Shown: positions 27,452 through 38,730 of the stretch, in pieces
How positions within the stretch are numbered: the first letter of the stretch is position 1
Layout of the letters: the number at the start of each line of letters is the position of its first letter
From: Myxococcota bacterium
Lineage (GTDB): Bacteria > Myxococcota_A > UBA796 > UBA2385
Reading direction: 5' to 3'
DNA length: 64,000 nucleotides
Assembly: GCA_044344255.1 (NCBI GenBank)
Contig: JBIJDH010000004.1
Location: 416,001-480,000 of the forward strand
Notes under the pieces: generated by a model
Seen by the model: the letters and a program-made list of their open reading frames with translations, nothing else
Database searches by the model: none
What the model was told of the DNA's origin: nothing
Translations under genes and position numbers: made by a program

Positions 27452-28807
27452 CTACTTCTCCCCTGCGACAGGACGGATGCGGACCGTGGCGAGGCGCTCG
27501 CGGTTGAGCTGCTGGGCGGCGGCCTGGATGCCCGCGGCGGTCACGGCGGCGTAGCGGTCGAGCTGCCCGGCGGCGTCGCCGGGGTTCCCCGTGGTGTACC
27601 AGAAGCGGTTGAGCGTCAAGGCGCGGTCCTGGAGCTCCTCGAGGCTGCCGAGGTAGCCCTTGCGAGTCTGGTTGCGGACCCGCTCCATCTCGGCCGGGGT
27701 CGGCCCCTCCTTGGCGATGCGGGCCAGCTCTTCGGCGATGACCCCCTCCACCTCCTCAAGGGTGTGCTTGGGGGTGGGCTTGACGTCGATGACGAAGGTG
27801 GACGAGAGGGCGCCGCTCTCTTGCCAAGCGGAGACCTCGAGCGCGCTCTCGTCTCCCTCCACCATACGGCGGTAGAGCCGGCTCGACCGCCCTCCAGCGA
27901 GGATCGAGCCCAGCAGGTCCATCTCGGCGTCGCCGGGCTGGAGCCACGCGGGGCTGTGCCAGGTGAGGACCGACATCGGGATCTGGACCTGATCGGTGAG
28001 CTCGGTCAGGGCCTTCATCGGCTTGTCGGGCGCGGGGGGGGTGGTGCGAGCGGGGAGCTCCTTTCGGGGGAGCACGCCGAAGAGGCGCTGGATCTCTGCC
28101 TTCGCCGTGGCCTTGTCGAAGTCGCCCGCGACGACGAGGCTGGCGTTGTTGGGCACATACCAGGTGCCAAAGAAGCCCACGACGTCGCTGAGCCCGGCGG
28201 CCTGGAGGTCCTCGTGGCTGCCGATGACCGAGTGCGCGTAAGGGTGCCCCGCCGGGTAAAGGATCGCGGGCAGCTCCAGCTCGAGCACGCCGTAGGGCTC
28301 GTCCTCGGAGGTCTGGCGGCGCTCGTTGCGCACCACCTCTCGCTGGAGGTTCACCTTCTCCTTGGTCATCGCCTTGCCGAGGCCGTCCATTCGATCGGCC
28401 TCCATCCACAAGAAGGTGCCGAGGAGGGGTGAGGGGCCGACGTCGTAGTAGTCCGTGGCGTCGTTGCTGGTCCAGGCGTTGTTCCAGCCGCCGTTGGCCT
28501 CCATGAGCTCGTCGAAGCCGGCCCCGGGCAGGCGGGTGGTGCCCATGAACATCAGGTGCTCGAAGAGGTGGGCGAAGCCGCTGCGCCCCTCCACCTCGTC
28601 CTTCGACCCCACCTTGTACATGATGTTGACCACGACCTGCGGCAGGCTGTGGTCTTCGTGAAGGATGACATTCAGCCCGTTCTCGAGCTGGTACTGCTCG
28701 AAGGGGATGTCGAGGGCCCATACGGGAGCGCCCCAAGCGAGCTGGCCCAGGATGAGCAGGCCGAGCTGGCCGGCGCCGAGCCAGCCGGCGCTGCGCTGGC
28801 ACCTCAC
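27452..28807 (-). CDS. M16B zinc peptidase, catalytic subunit (exported)
   Basis: LENGL, GFAHLFEHLMF (HxxEH), VVRNERR; start uncertain (alternative 28891). Confidence 0.92.
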   Translation of the reverse strand: MRCQRSAGWLGAGQLGLLILGQLAWGAPVWALDIPFEQYQLENGLNVILHEDHSLPQVVVNIMYKVGSKDEVEGRSGFAHLFEHLMFMGTTRLPGAGFDELMEANGGWNNAWTSNDATDYYDVGPSPLLGTFLWMEADRMDGLGKAMTKEKVNLQREVVRNERRQTSEDEPYGVLELELPAILYPAGHPYAHSVIGSHEDLQAAGLSDVVGFFGTWYVPNNASLVVAGDFDKATAKAEIQRLFGVLPRKELPARTTPPAPDKPMKALTELTDQVQIPMSVLTWHSPAWLQPGDAEMDLLGSILAGGRSSRLYRRMVEGDESALEVSAWQESGALSSTFVIDVKPTPKHTLEEVEGVIAEELARIAKEGPTPAEMERVRNQTRKGYLGSLEELQDRALTLNRFWYTTGNPGDAAGQLDRYAAVTAAGIQAAAQQLNRERLATVRIRPVAGEK

Positions 28808-28914
28808 GGGCTGGGAGGGGCGGCGCCAGGGAGGACGGGGGTACCTGGGTGTGGGCAAGGGGGCTCCTTCGTCTTGGGCCGCGTATCTCACCCGGACAGG
28901 GTTAGGCGACCGCC

Positions 28915-29874
28915 GTGCGCGTCCTCCACGTCGACACCGCGACCGAGTGGCGAGGTGGCCAGCAGCTGCTCCTCCGCCTGGCGCGCGGCATGGCCGAGGC
29001 GGGGGAGGACGTCTCCGTCGCCTGTCCCGAGGCGGGTCGCCTGTGGCTCGAGCTCGGCCGACTGGGGCTCCCGCGCCTCGCGGTCCCGGCGGGGCGGTCG
29101 CCGCTCACCCCCCTTCGCCTCGCGGCCGCGCGCCCTGACCTCCTGGTGGCGCACACGAGCCACGCCCACACCTGCTGCCTCTTCGCGGGCCTCCCGTTGA
29201 TCGTTCACCGTTGGGTCGACTTCACCCCCTCGGGCGGCTGGAAGTACCGGCGACCGGAGGGCTACGTGGCCTGCTCAGAGGCCGTGGCGGCCCAGCTCCG
29301 GGCGGCCGGGGGGCGTGGGGTCACGGTGGTCTACGGGGGCGTCGATCCGCTGCCGCCGGCGGCCCCCGCCGCCGACGGACCGATGGTGCTCGCGGTGGGA
29401 GCGCGGGTCGCCCACAAGGGGCACGACGTGCTCGCCGCGGCCGCCGCCCTCCTCCCGGGCCTCGACGTCGGCGTCGCAGGGGAGGGCCCGCTGAGACCGC
29501 CGGGGCTTCGCTGGCTCGGTGAGCGGGGCGACGTCCCCGCCCTGCTCGCCGCGGCGCGGGTCTTCGTGATGCCCTCCCGCAGCGAAGGGCAGGGGATGGC
29601 GGTGGTGGAGGCGATGCTCGCGGGCGTCCCGGTGGTGGCCTCTGCGGTGGGCGGCATCCCCGAGGTGCTCGGCGAGACCGGCCTCCTCGTGCCGCCCGGC
29701 GACGCGCCCGCCCTCGCCCGAGCGCTCCAGCGGGCCCTCGCTGGGGACCACCCCGATCCGGCCCTGGCTCGTGGGCGCGCGCTCGCCCTGTTCACCACCG
29801 CGCGGATGGTCGAAGGGGCCGTCGCCGCGTATCGGCGGATCGGGGGACGCGAGATAGAGGGCCGCCCTCTCTGA
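28915..29874 (+). CDS. Glycosyltransferase family 4 (GT-B)
   Basis: HVDTATEWRGGQ, HKG, PSRSEGQGMAVVEAM, GGIPE. Confidence 0.9.
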   Translation: MRVLHVDTATEWRGGQQLLLRLARGMAEAGEDVSVACPEAGRLWLELGRLGLPRLAVPAGRSPLTPLRLAAARPDLLVAHTSHAHTCCLFAGLPLIVHRWVDFTPSGGWKYRRPEGYVACSEAVAAQLRAAGGRGVTVVYGGVDPLPPAAPAADGPMVLAVGARVAHKGHDVLAAAAALLPGLDVGVAGEGPLRPPGLRWLGERGDVPALLAAARVFVMPSRSEGQGMAVVEAMLAGVPVVASAVGGIPEVLGETGLLVPPGDAPALARALQRALAGDHPDPALARGRALALFTTARMVEGAVAAYRRIGGREIEGRPL

Positions 29875-29973
29875 CCACGGGCCCCCTGGCCCACCCGGTC
29901 GATCGTCGCCGCGATCCCTTGTCGCCACGATCATCGCCGGAGCGGCTCAGACCACCCCCCCCCGGAGGCCCCC

Positions 29974-31639
<1,666 letters not shown>

Positions 31640-31650
<11 letters not shown>

Positions 31651-32353
31651 CGGGCGGACCGAGCGGGGGGCCGAGCTGGAAGGTCTTTGCCTTCTCGGCC
31701 CGCTTGCGGTTCCGCTCGAGGCCGATGCAGGCGAGACCGTGATCATTGGCCATCGCCAGGGCGGTGCCGATCCCGCAGAAGGGCACCACCACGGTGTGGG
31801 TGGACGGAGAGGCGACCCGGATGGCGCGGATGCAGAGCTCCGCGGCCCGGGTGCCCATGCTGTGGCTCCAGGGCATCTCCCCGAGGTCGGGGAGCACGTC
31901 CGGGAAGCCGCCGTGAGCGGGCATGACGCGGCCGCGTGACGCGGCGAGGATGTGGGAGTAACCTGGCCTCCCGAGGAGCACGGTGCCGGGCGGCTTGCGG
32001 CAGACGATCTTGTGCCAGAGCAGGGGCACCTCGAGCTCGTCGATCACCTGCAGCACCATCGCCGCCTTGGACACCCAGCGCCCCTCCAAGCGGTTGTCCG
32101 TCTGAAAGAAGAGGGTGAGGCCGTCTTCGGGGGTCGCGAGGAGCGCGAGGCGGGCCGCATCGAGGAAGAAGCGGCGCCATTCAGGGTAGGGGACGCCGCA
32201 CTCCGTGACGTCAGGCATGGTGGTGAGCACCGAGCAGCCGGGGCGGGCGGGGTTCAGGCGGAGCCATTCGAGGGCGTCACCGCAGACCACCTCGCGGCGC
32301 AGCGCCTCCGGGGGGGTGGCTTCGGCGGAGGCGGGCGGGGGAGGGGACGTCAT
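31640..32353 (-). CDS. SAM-dependent methyltransferase with beta-class DNA-MTase-like layout
   Basis: GDALEWL..VLTTMPD near the N-terminus and PFCGIGT..GLE near the C-terminus. Confidence 0.6.
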
Positions 32354-32390
32354 GGCCCCGCCCTATCCCCTCGCCCCCGCCTCGGTCGGC

Positions 32391-33647
32391 TCACCACGCC
32401 TTCCAGCCGCTCCAGCTCGGCACCGCCCAGGTGGCGTTCTCGCTGGGCTTGGGGGTGTTCACCCACTCGGTGGGCCGGGCGGTGAGGCCTGCGCTCACGA
32501 GGCTGCCGACGTAGTCACCATCGGCATACACGCGGTCGATCTGCTTTCGGATGTCTAGCACGTCCTCCGCGCTCACCACGCCGTTGCTGGTGGCCTTGTA
32601 GAACTGGACGGTCACGCGGACGGGGAAGCGGGTGTCGCGCTCGATGTCGAGGTCATGGAGCTCGGTGAAGGGCCCCTCGACCGCGCCGTGGCTGACCACT
32701 GCGGCCTCGACGTCGCTCCGTTCCATGTCGGCGGACTTCGACATCTGGGGCGCCGCGGAGGGCATGGCCCCCGCGCCCTCGGCCATCCCCCAGGAGTCGT
32801 AACGGGCGACCGCCTTTTGCTTGAGCGGGACCTGGATCAGGAGCACGACCCCCATGCCATCCTCCCCGCCGGGTGCCGAGATCGGCCCGCTCGGTCCGTC
32901 GTCTCCGCCCTGGGCGAGGAAGTCGGACTGCCGCATCGCGGTGAAGGGGGCGCGCTCGCCGTCTTCGTTGAAGAAGAGCGCCTCGCTCATGTAGCCGCTG
33001 TCGTTCTCGACGACCTGGATGCTCGTGCCCTGACGGGTGGCGAGGATCGTGAGCACCGCCGGGTTCCCGACCGAGCTCTGGTAGTTGTAGATCACCGGCG
33101 TGAAGGTGGCCTCACCTTCCTTCGGGATCGGCAGAAAGCAGGCCTGGGCGCTCACGAGGACGTGGCTGTCCCGCTTGTCCCAGAGCGACTCCTTCTCGCC
33201 CGCCCAGGAGCCGCTGTCGTGCAGGAAGCGCCGGGTGTGCTTGAGGACCTGGTCCAGGGAGGTCGCCTTGAGGGCCGCGCCGCGGTGGTTGCCCACCGGC
33301 AAGATGAACTTCTCGGGGCGGATATCAGCGGTCTTGTCGTTGAAGTTGTCGAAGCGGAACACGGGCATCGGGTGAAGGGCGCCGCTCGCGTCACGGACGC
33401 CGATCGTCATGTCCGAGATGTTGGGTCCGACAGAAGAACCCTTGTAACGCCCGGTGTCTTCCCATGTGACGTTCATCACCCGGAGGTCTTGGGCAGCGGC
33501 GAGCTGGCCCACGCCACCGTCCCACACCATCTGCTCCACCCGATGGATGGTCTGGCTGAGGGAGGGCGCTGGGGCGGGGCGGGCCTCAGCGAGGGGCAGG
33601 GCGCCGAAGGTGAGCAGGGCGAGCGTGAGGAGGGCGACGCGGGACAT
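32391..33647 (-). CDS. Exported conserved hypothetical protein
   Basis: Signal peptide (AEA), strong GC3 codon bias, globular-looking motifs WEDTGR..GPNISDMT. Confidence 0.75.
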   Translation of the reverse strand: MSRVALLTLALLTFGALPLAEARPAPAPSLSQTIHRVEQMVWDGGVGQLAAAQDLRVMNVTWEDTGRYKGSSVGPNISDMTIGVRDASGALHPMPVFRFDNFNDKTADIRPEKFILPVGNHRGAALKATSLDQVLKHTRRFLHDSGSWAGEKESLWDKRDSHVLVSAQACFLPIPKEGEATFTPVIYNYQSSVGNPAVLTILATRQGTSIQVVENDSGYMSEALFFNEDGERAPFTAMRQSDFLAQGGDDGPSGPISAPGGEDGMGVVLLIQVPLKQKAVARYDSWGMAEGAGAMPSAAPQMSKSADMERSDVEAAVVSHGAVEGPFTELHDLDIERDTRFPVRVTVQFYKATSNGVVSAEDVLDIRKQIDRVYADGDYVGSLVSAGLTARPTEWVNTPKPSENATWAVPSWSGWKAW

Positions 33648-33677
33648 GGGGAGCTCCGTCGAGGGCGATGGTATAGT

Positions 33678-33702
33678 CGTAACGCATGTTATTTGTGTTA
33701 CG
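33678..33702. promoter_or_regulatory. AT-rich inverted repeat (candidate operator)
   Basis: CGTAACGCA-N7-TGTGTTACG (8/9 symmetric), 30 bp upstream of the ATG at 33647. Confidence 0.55.
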
Positions 33703-33807
33703 GCTTCACCTGTTGTGCCCGAGGAACGACGGCACGGGGCCTGCGCTTACACCCCATCGCACAAACCCTCACCCCCTCCCTCCCTGACCCATCTCCCGCG
33801 CGGGCGC

Positions 33808-35400
33808 TCACTCGACGATGAGGCGAATTCCCACCGCCTTGAGCTCAACCTCCTCCTCGGCGAGGTCGGCGCGTGTCAGGGGGTGCACGTCGAGGAATCC
33901 GCCGGGGACCCGCATACAGAGGCCCTCGGGCACCACGGTGAGCCCGGGCTCCATCGCCCGGGTGGGTGAGCGGGAGCGGTGGAGGCGCGCTGCGAGCCGC
34001 AGAAGCACCGCGAGCCTCAGCGCGGCGGGCCCGAGGTTCGGGTACCACAGCCTCATTCGTTCGAGGTCGAGCTTCCCGCGGTGGCCGAGCACGAGGGCCG
34101 CAAGGGCCCCCTGGGACTGGCGGGAGAAGCCCGGGAGCTCTGCCTGAGCGAGGATGTACGCGCCGTGCTTGTGGTAGCCGCTGAAGGCGACGAAGATCCC
34201 CACCTCGTGGAGGCGCGCCGCCCAAGAGAGCAGCGGCCGATGCTCCTCCGGGCGTAGCTCCCAGGCCGAGGCCACCTGATCGAAGAGGGCCAAGGCGGTG
34301 ACCTCCACCCGCCGGGCCTGCTCGGTGTCGACTCCGAAGCGGCCGGCCACCCGATCGACCGTCTCGACGCGGATGTCGCTGTCCTTGCGCCGCCCGAGCA
34401 GCTCGTAGAGCAGCCCCTCACGCAGGGCGGAGTCGCTGTAGCTCATCCGCTCGATGCCGAGCGTGGCGAAGACCGCGCTGAGGATCGCTACCCCGCCCAC
34501 CAACACCGGGCGGCGATCGTCGGCGAGGCCGGGGAGCTCCAGGCGCGCGACAGAGCCCGCCTTGATCAGGGCGGCGCGGAGCCGCTGGAGGCCCCCCGCG
34601 GTGACCCCGGTCGGGGAGAGCCCGCTGTCGATGAGGATGCGCTCGATGCTCTTCACCGTCCCCGACGAGCCCATCGCTGTGGCCCAGCCGGCCTCCCGGA
34701 ACCGTCGCTCGACGGCCTCGAGCTCGACATTCGCGGCCTCCACCGCCTTGCGCATCCGCTCCGCGGTGATGACGCCGCGCGGAAAGTGCCGCATCGACCA
34801 GCTCACCGAGCCCATCGCGAGGCTGTCGAGTGCCTGAATCTCGGGGCCGCGCCCGACGATGAGCTCGGTGCTACCGCCGCCGATGTCGACGAGGAGTCGC
34901 CGCTCGTCGGTCGTCTGGTCATGACTGGCGCCGAGCCAGATGAGGCGGGCCTCCTCTCGGCCGCTCACCACCTCGATCTCATGGCCGAGGGCACGGTTGG
35001 CCTGGGCAAGGAAGGCGCCGCCGTCCTTGAGCTGGCGCAAGGTGTTGGTGCCGACCGCGCGCACGGAGTCCGGCGGGACGGCTCGGAGGCGCTCGCCCAT
35101 CTGTGCGAGGCAGGCGAGGGCCACTTCGGCGGTCGCCTTCCGCAGGCGCCCCCGCTCGGTGAGCCCACCGCCCAGTCGGACCGGCTGCTTCAGGCGATCG
35201 ATCACCTGAAGGTCACCTCCGGGGCCGAAGCGGGCGACGAGGAGGTGAAAGGAGTTCGAGCCGAGATCGACAGCCGCGACCACCTCGGAGCGGGGCCGCG
35301 CGCTGGGGCCGGGATCCTCGGTGCGCAGGGCTTCGGGCGTAGGGCCCGCGGCGCTCGGGCTCCCGACCAGGCGAACATGGGGCTGGGCGACTTTGGCCAT
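33808..35400 (-). CDS. ppx: Exopolyphosphatase Ppx/GppA
   Basis: AAVDLGSNSFHL, SGREEARL, DIGGGSTE, ALREG, LHEVG HD-like domain. Confidence 0.95.
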   Translation of the reverse strand: MAKVAQPHVRLVGSPSAAGPTPEALRTEDPGPSARPRSEVVAAVDLGSNSFHLLVARFGPGGDLQVIDRLKQPVRLGGGLTERGRLRKATAEVALACLAQMGERLRAVPPDSVRAVGTNTLRQLKDGGAFLAQANRALGHEIEVVSGREEARLIWLGASHDQTTDERRLLVDIGGGSTELIVGRGPEIQALDSLAMGSVSWSMRHFPRGVITAERMRKAVEAANVELEAVERRFREAGWATAMGSSGTVKSIERILIDSGLSPTGVTAGGLQRLRAALIKAGSVARLELPGLADDRRPVLVGGVAILSAVFATLGIERMSYSDSALREGLLYELLGRRKDSDIRVETVDRVAGRFGVDTEQARRVEVTALALFDQVASAWELRPEEHRPLLSWAARLHEVGIFVAFSGYHKHGAYILAQAELPGFSRQSQGALAALVLGHRGKLDLERMRLWYPNLGPAALRLAVLLRLAARLHRSRSPTRAMEPGLTVVPEGLCMRVPGGFLDVHPLTRADLAEEEVELKAVGIRLIVE

Positions 35401-35642
35401 CTCGGCTCCCGGGGGGGGCGCCCCGTAGCACCGGCGTCCTCGCGCCGCACCCGTCCGCGTCCGGGCCGGGCCGCTCCGTGCGGGCGGCTTGGAGTACGCT
35501 TCCGGCCGGGCCGCCCCTTGACACGTGCTGCTGGACATCGGGCTCGGCCTCGTGCTTCAATGCGGTAGCGGCGAGCGCTCCCTCAGGCTCGGCCGTTGAA
35601 CCCTCGCTCAGCCGGCTGAGCGACGCCCCACCAAGGAAGCCC

Positions 35643-36428
35643 ATGCAGCCCCCGCTCTGGTCGAACCTCGCACCCGCTCGAGTCCTCGGGATCGCCACCC
35701 TGGCCCTGCTGGCCTCCCTGGTCGCGTGCGGCGATGAGAAGTCCCCTGAAGGCTCGACGCTCCTCGAGTGCAAAGACGGCATCGACAATGATGAGGACGG
35801 CAACATCGACTGTGAGGAGCCCGAGTGTGAGAGCGTGCTCTCTTGTGTGAGCGCGGATGACACCGGCGGGACCGACGGCACGGACGGGGCCGATGGCACA
35901 GACGGGACCGACGGCACGGACGGGACCGACGGCACCGATGGCACCGATGGCACCGATGGCACCGATGGCACCGATGGCACCGATGGCGGTGATCCGGTCA
36001 CCGCTCGGGTGGTGATCAACGAATTCATGGCGGACAACGGAGCTACGATCGCAGACGAATCGGGGCTCTTCACCGACTGGGTGGAGCTGTACAACGACTC
36101 CGACGAGGTGGTCGACCTCACGGGCTGGACGCTCACGGACAAGCTGGACGAGCCCGAGATGTTCGCCCTGGCCGGTCTCACCATCGAGCCCCGCGGATTC
36201 CTGCTCTTGTGGGCCGACACCGCGATCGACGGCAACCCGCTGCACCTGGACTTCTCCCTCGACAAGGATGGCGAAGAGCTAGGCCTCTTCGACCCCTACG
36301 GCACGGCGAAGTCCCAGCTCACCTTCCTCGCCCAGGTCTCTGACATCTCCGCCGCGCGCACCCCGGACGGCTCGGCCACCTGGGTCTACACCGACGCGCC
36401 CACCCCTGGCGGGACGAACGGCGAATGA
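35643..36428 (+). CDS. Lipoprotein with Cys/Asp motif, (GTD)13 tract and lamin-tail domain (LTD)
   Basis: Lipobox LVAC; CKDGIDNDEDGNIDC; VVINEFMADN..DWVELYN..DLTGWTLTD..PTPG LTD signature. Confidence 0.88.
   Translation: MQPPLWSNLAPARVLGIATLALLASLVACGDEKSPEGSTLLECKDGIDNDEDGNIDCEEPECESVLSCVSADDTGGTDGTDGADGTDGTDGTDGTDGTDGTDGTDGTDGTDGTDGGDPVTARVVINEFMADNGATIADESGLFTDWVELYNDSDEVVDLTGWTLTDKLDEPEMFALAGLTIEPRGFLLLWADTAIDGNPLHLDFSLDKDGEELGLFDPYGTAKSQLTFLAQVSDISAARTPDGSATWVYTDAPTPGGTNGE
35868..35984 (+). repeat. 9-bp coding tandem repeat, 13 x Gly-Thr/Ala-Asp
   Basis: GGN ACN GAY units; last six are identical GGCACCGAT. Confidence 0.95.
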
Positions 36429-37786
36429 AAAAGCTCCTTCTGACCGGCCTGCTGATGGCCTGCTCCTCCGATACCATTGACTGGAGCTCCCCCGCGACGG
36501 AGCCTGGGCAGGACGGCGGTGGAGACGGCGCGGACGGGACCGACGGGACCGACGGGACCGACGGGGCGGATGGTGGAGGGGACAGCGGGGCGGATGGCGG
36601 GGATGACGGCCCTCCCGACTCTCCATTGGAGGAGCTCCCGGCCGCCGAGGAGCCGATCCTACCGACGGACGAGGCCCTCTTCGATGAGGTCACCCTCCCC
36701 GAGATCGCCATCGAGCTCTCGGAGGAGGCCGTCGCCTCTCTCCTCGTTGACCCCTACGTTTATGTGCACGGCACCTTCATCTTCGAGGGCGAGCGGGTGG
36801 AGGACGTCGCGATCCGCACCAAGGGGGAGAACTCCTGGCGCCCGATCAACGAGAAGCCCTCGCTGAAGATCAAGTTCGACGGCTGGGTCGAGGATCAGGA
36901 GTTTCGGGGACTGACCGATCTGACGCTCAACGCCATGAACAATGACGTGAGCATGATGCACGAGCGGGTGGCCTACAAGATGTACCGGGAATTCGGAATT
37001 CCCGCGGCACGAAGCACCCACGGCGTGGTGACGCTCAACGGCGACTCCTACGGCCTGTATACCGTCCTCGAGACGGTGAACCGCGACATGATGAAGCAGT
37101 GGTACGAAGACCCCGACGGCACCCTGTTCGAGCAGCACGACGTGGATTTCTACGACGCTTACATCCCCTGCGTCGTGGAAGACACCGACACCGCGCCGGC
37201 CGGCGGTGGGTACGCCTGCTTTCAGTATGAGTATGGTGACGAGACGAAGACCTCGGCTGAGCTCCGCGCCCCCCTTCAAGGCTTGGCCGACTCCCTGGAG
37301 TCCGGTACCTACCAGCAGCGGTATGACGCAGCGGCCGCTTGGCTCGATTGGGGCAGCTTCATCCAGTACTGGGCGGTCGCCGCGGTCGTCGGGCAGTACG
37401 ACTCTTACCCCTTCGGAAGTCCGGGCGACGATTGCCATGTGTTCGTGAACCCCGCCAGCGGCCTCATTGAGTTCATGCCTCACGGCCTCGACGAGACCTT
37501 CTACTACCCGACCTACGATCCCGAGACCGTCAACGGCATCCTGGCGGTCACCTGCAAGAACGTCCCGGTCTGCCGGGAGGCCTTTGTAAGTCGGGTCTGG
37601 GATGTCCAGAGTCGGGCCGAGGAGATTGATCTGTACGGATATGCCCTCGATGTACAGACACAGGTGAGCCCGATCATCGACGCCGATGACCGCCACTACT
37701 GGACACGGGCGGAGGTCACGGCCTACCAGGAGCTGATGATCGACATGATCCACGATCGGCGGGCGACCCTTGAATCGCTGCTCTGA
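36425..37786 (+). CDS. CotH-family kinase, lipoprotein
   Basis: Lipobox LMAC; IRTKGENS..KPSLKIKF, LTLNAM..D.SMMHE, YGLYTVLE, YDSY, PHGLDETF; ATGA overlap with upstream gene. Confidence 0.85.
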   Translation: MKKLLLTGLLMACSSDTIDWSSPATEPGQDGGGDGADGTDGTDGTDGADGGGDSGADGGDDGPPDSPLEELPAAEEPILPTDEALFDEVTLPEIAIELSEEAVASLLVDPYVYVHGTFIFEGERVEDVAIRTKGENSWRPINEKPSLKIKFDGWVEDQEFRGLTDLTLNAMNNDVSMMHERVAYKMYREFGIPAARSTHGVVTLNGDSYGLYTVLETVNRDMMKQWYEDPDGTLFEQHDVDFYDAYIPCVVEDTDTAPAGGGYACFQYEYGDETKTSAELRAPLQGLADSLESGTYQQRYDAAAAWLDWGSFIQYWAVAAVVGQYDSYPFGSPGDDCHVFVNPASGLIEFMPHGLDETFYYPTYDPETVNGILAVTCKNVPVCREAFVSRVWDVQSRAEEIDLYGYALDVQTQVSPIIDADDRHYWTRAEVTAYQELMIDMIHDRRATLESLL

Positions 37787-37801
37787 TTGAAACGCTGATC
37801 G

Positions 37802-38722
37802 ATGGCGCCCCTCGCGCTCGCCTTCGCGCTCCGGCTGGCCGCGATCTCCGAGGCCGCCCCCTGCGCCACCTGGGGGCCACCGGAGCCGCTCCCCGAGGTG
37901 GGGTTCGGCCCCATCCGGGAGGCTTCGGGACTCGCTGCCAGCGAGGCGGACCCGGCTCGTTGGTTCACGATCAACGACTCCGGGGGAGAGGCCACGATCT
38001 ACACCTTCACCACGGAGGGGCGGTACGAGGGGGAGAGCCCGGTGGCCGGCGCCATCAACCGGGACTGGGAGGCCCTCTCCGCGGGCCCTTGCGCGCTCGG
38101 AGCGGGGCGCTGCCTCTATGTCGCCGACATTGGTGACAACCGCCGCCAGCGAGGAGAGGTGAGGGTCACGATGGTGCCGGAGCCCGTCCCGGGGGCCTCG
38201 GTCGGCGTCGGGGCGCTGTGGACGCTCCGCTACGGAGACGGCGAAGCGCATGACGCAGAGGCCCTGCTGGTGCACCCCGTGTCTGCGGCTCTGCTGATCC
38301 TCACCAAGTCGGAGGACGGCCTGGCGGGCTTGTGGAGCCTGCCCCGCCAACCCGGCGAAGGCACGCTCACCCGGGTCGGCACCCTCGACCTCTCAGCCCG
38401 CCCGACTTGGCAGCGGCGGGTCACGGATGCGGCCTGGAGCCCAGGAGGGGACACCGTGGCCATCCGAACCTACGGGCCGCTGCTGCTCTTCACGCCGGAC
38501 CCCTGCGTCGGCCAGGCCTGGTGGGAGGCCAGCCCGATGGAGCTCCGCACCGGGCACCTCGCCCAAGCTGAGGCGGTGGCCTGGGCGGCGGACGGGGCGC
38601 TCCTCACCGTGTCGGAGGGGCGCCCCATGCCCGTGGTGCGCCTGCGCTGCGCGGCCGCCGCCCCGCCTCCCGCTTGCGACCGCCCCGCCGCCCGCCCTGG
38701 GAGCGAGACCGGACGGTGGTAG
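37802..38722 (+). CDS. Exported beta-propeller-like protein (esterase/phytase-like, function unknown)
   Basis: EASGLAAS, TINDSG, DWEAL, LYVADIGDN, HDAEAL, QAEAVAW. Confidence 0.65.
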   Translation: MAPLALAFALRLAAISEAAPCATWGPPEPLPEVGFGPIREASGLAASEADPARWFTINDSGGEATIYTFTTEGRYEGESPVAGAINRDWEALSAGPCALGAGRCLYVADIGDNRRQRGEVRVTMVPEPVPGASVGVGALWTLRYGDGEAHDAEALLVHPVSAALLILTKSEDGLAGLWSLPRQPGEGTLTRVGTLDLSARPTWQRRVTDAAWSPGGDTVAIRTYGPLLLFTPDPCVGQAWWEASPMELRTGHLAQAEAVAWAADGALLTVSEGRPMPVVRLRCAAAAPPPACDRPAARPGSETGRW

Positions 38723-38730
38723 GATGGGCC

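Noticed and set aside
33663..33680. GGCGATGGT resembling the start of a fluoride riboswitch
   Set aside because: Lacks the complementary TCGCC and downstream pseudoknot, and lies antisense to the adjacent gene
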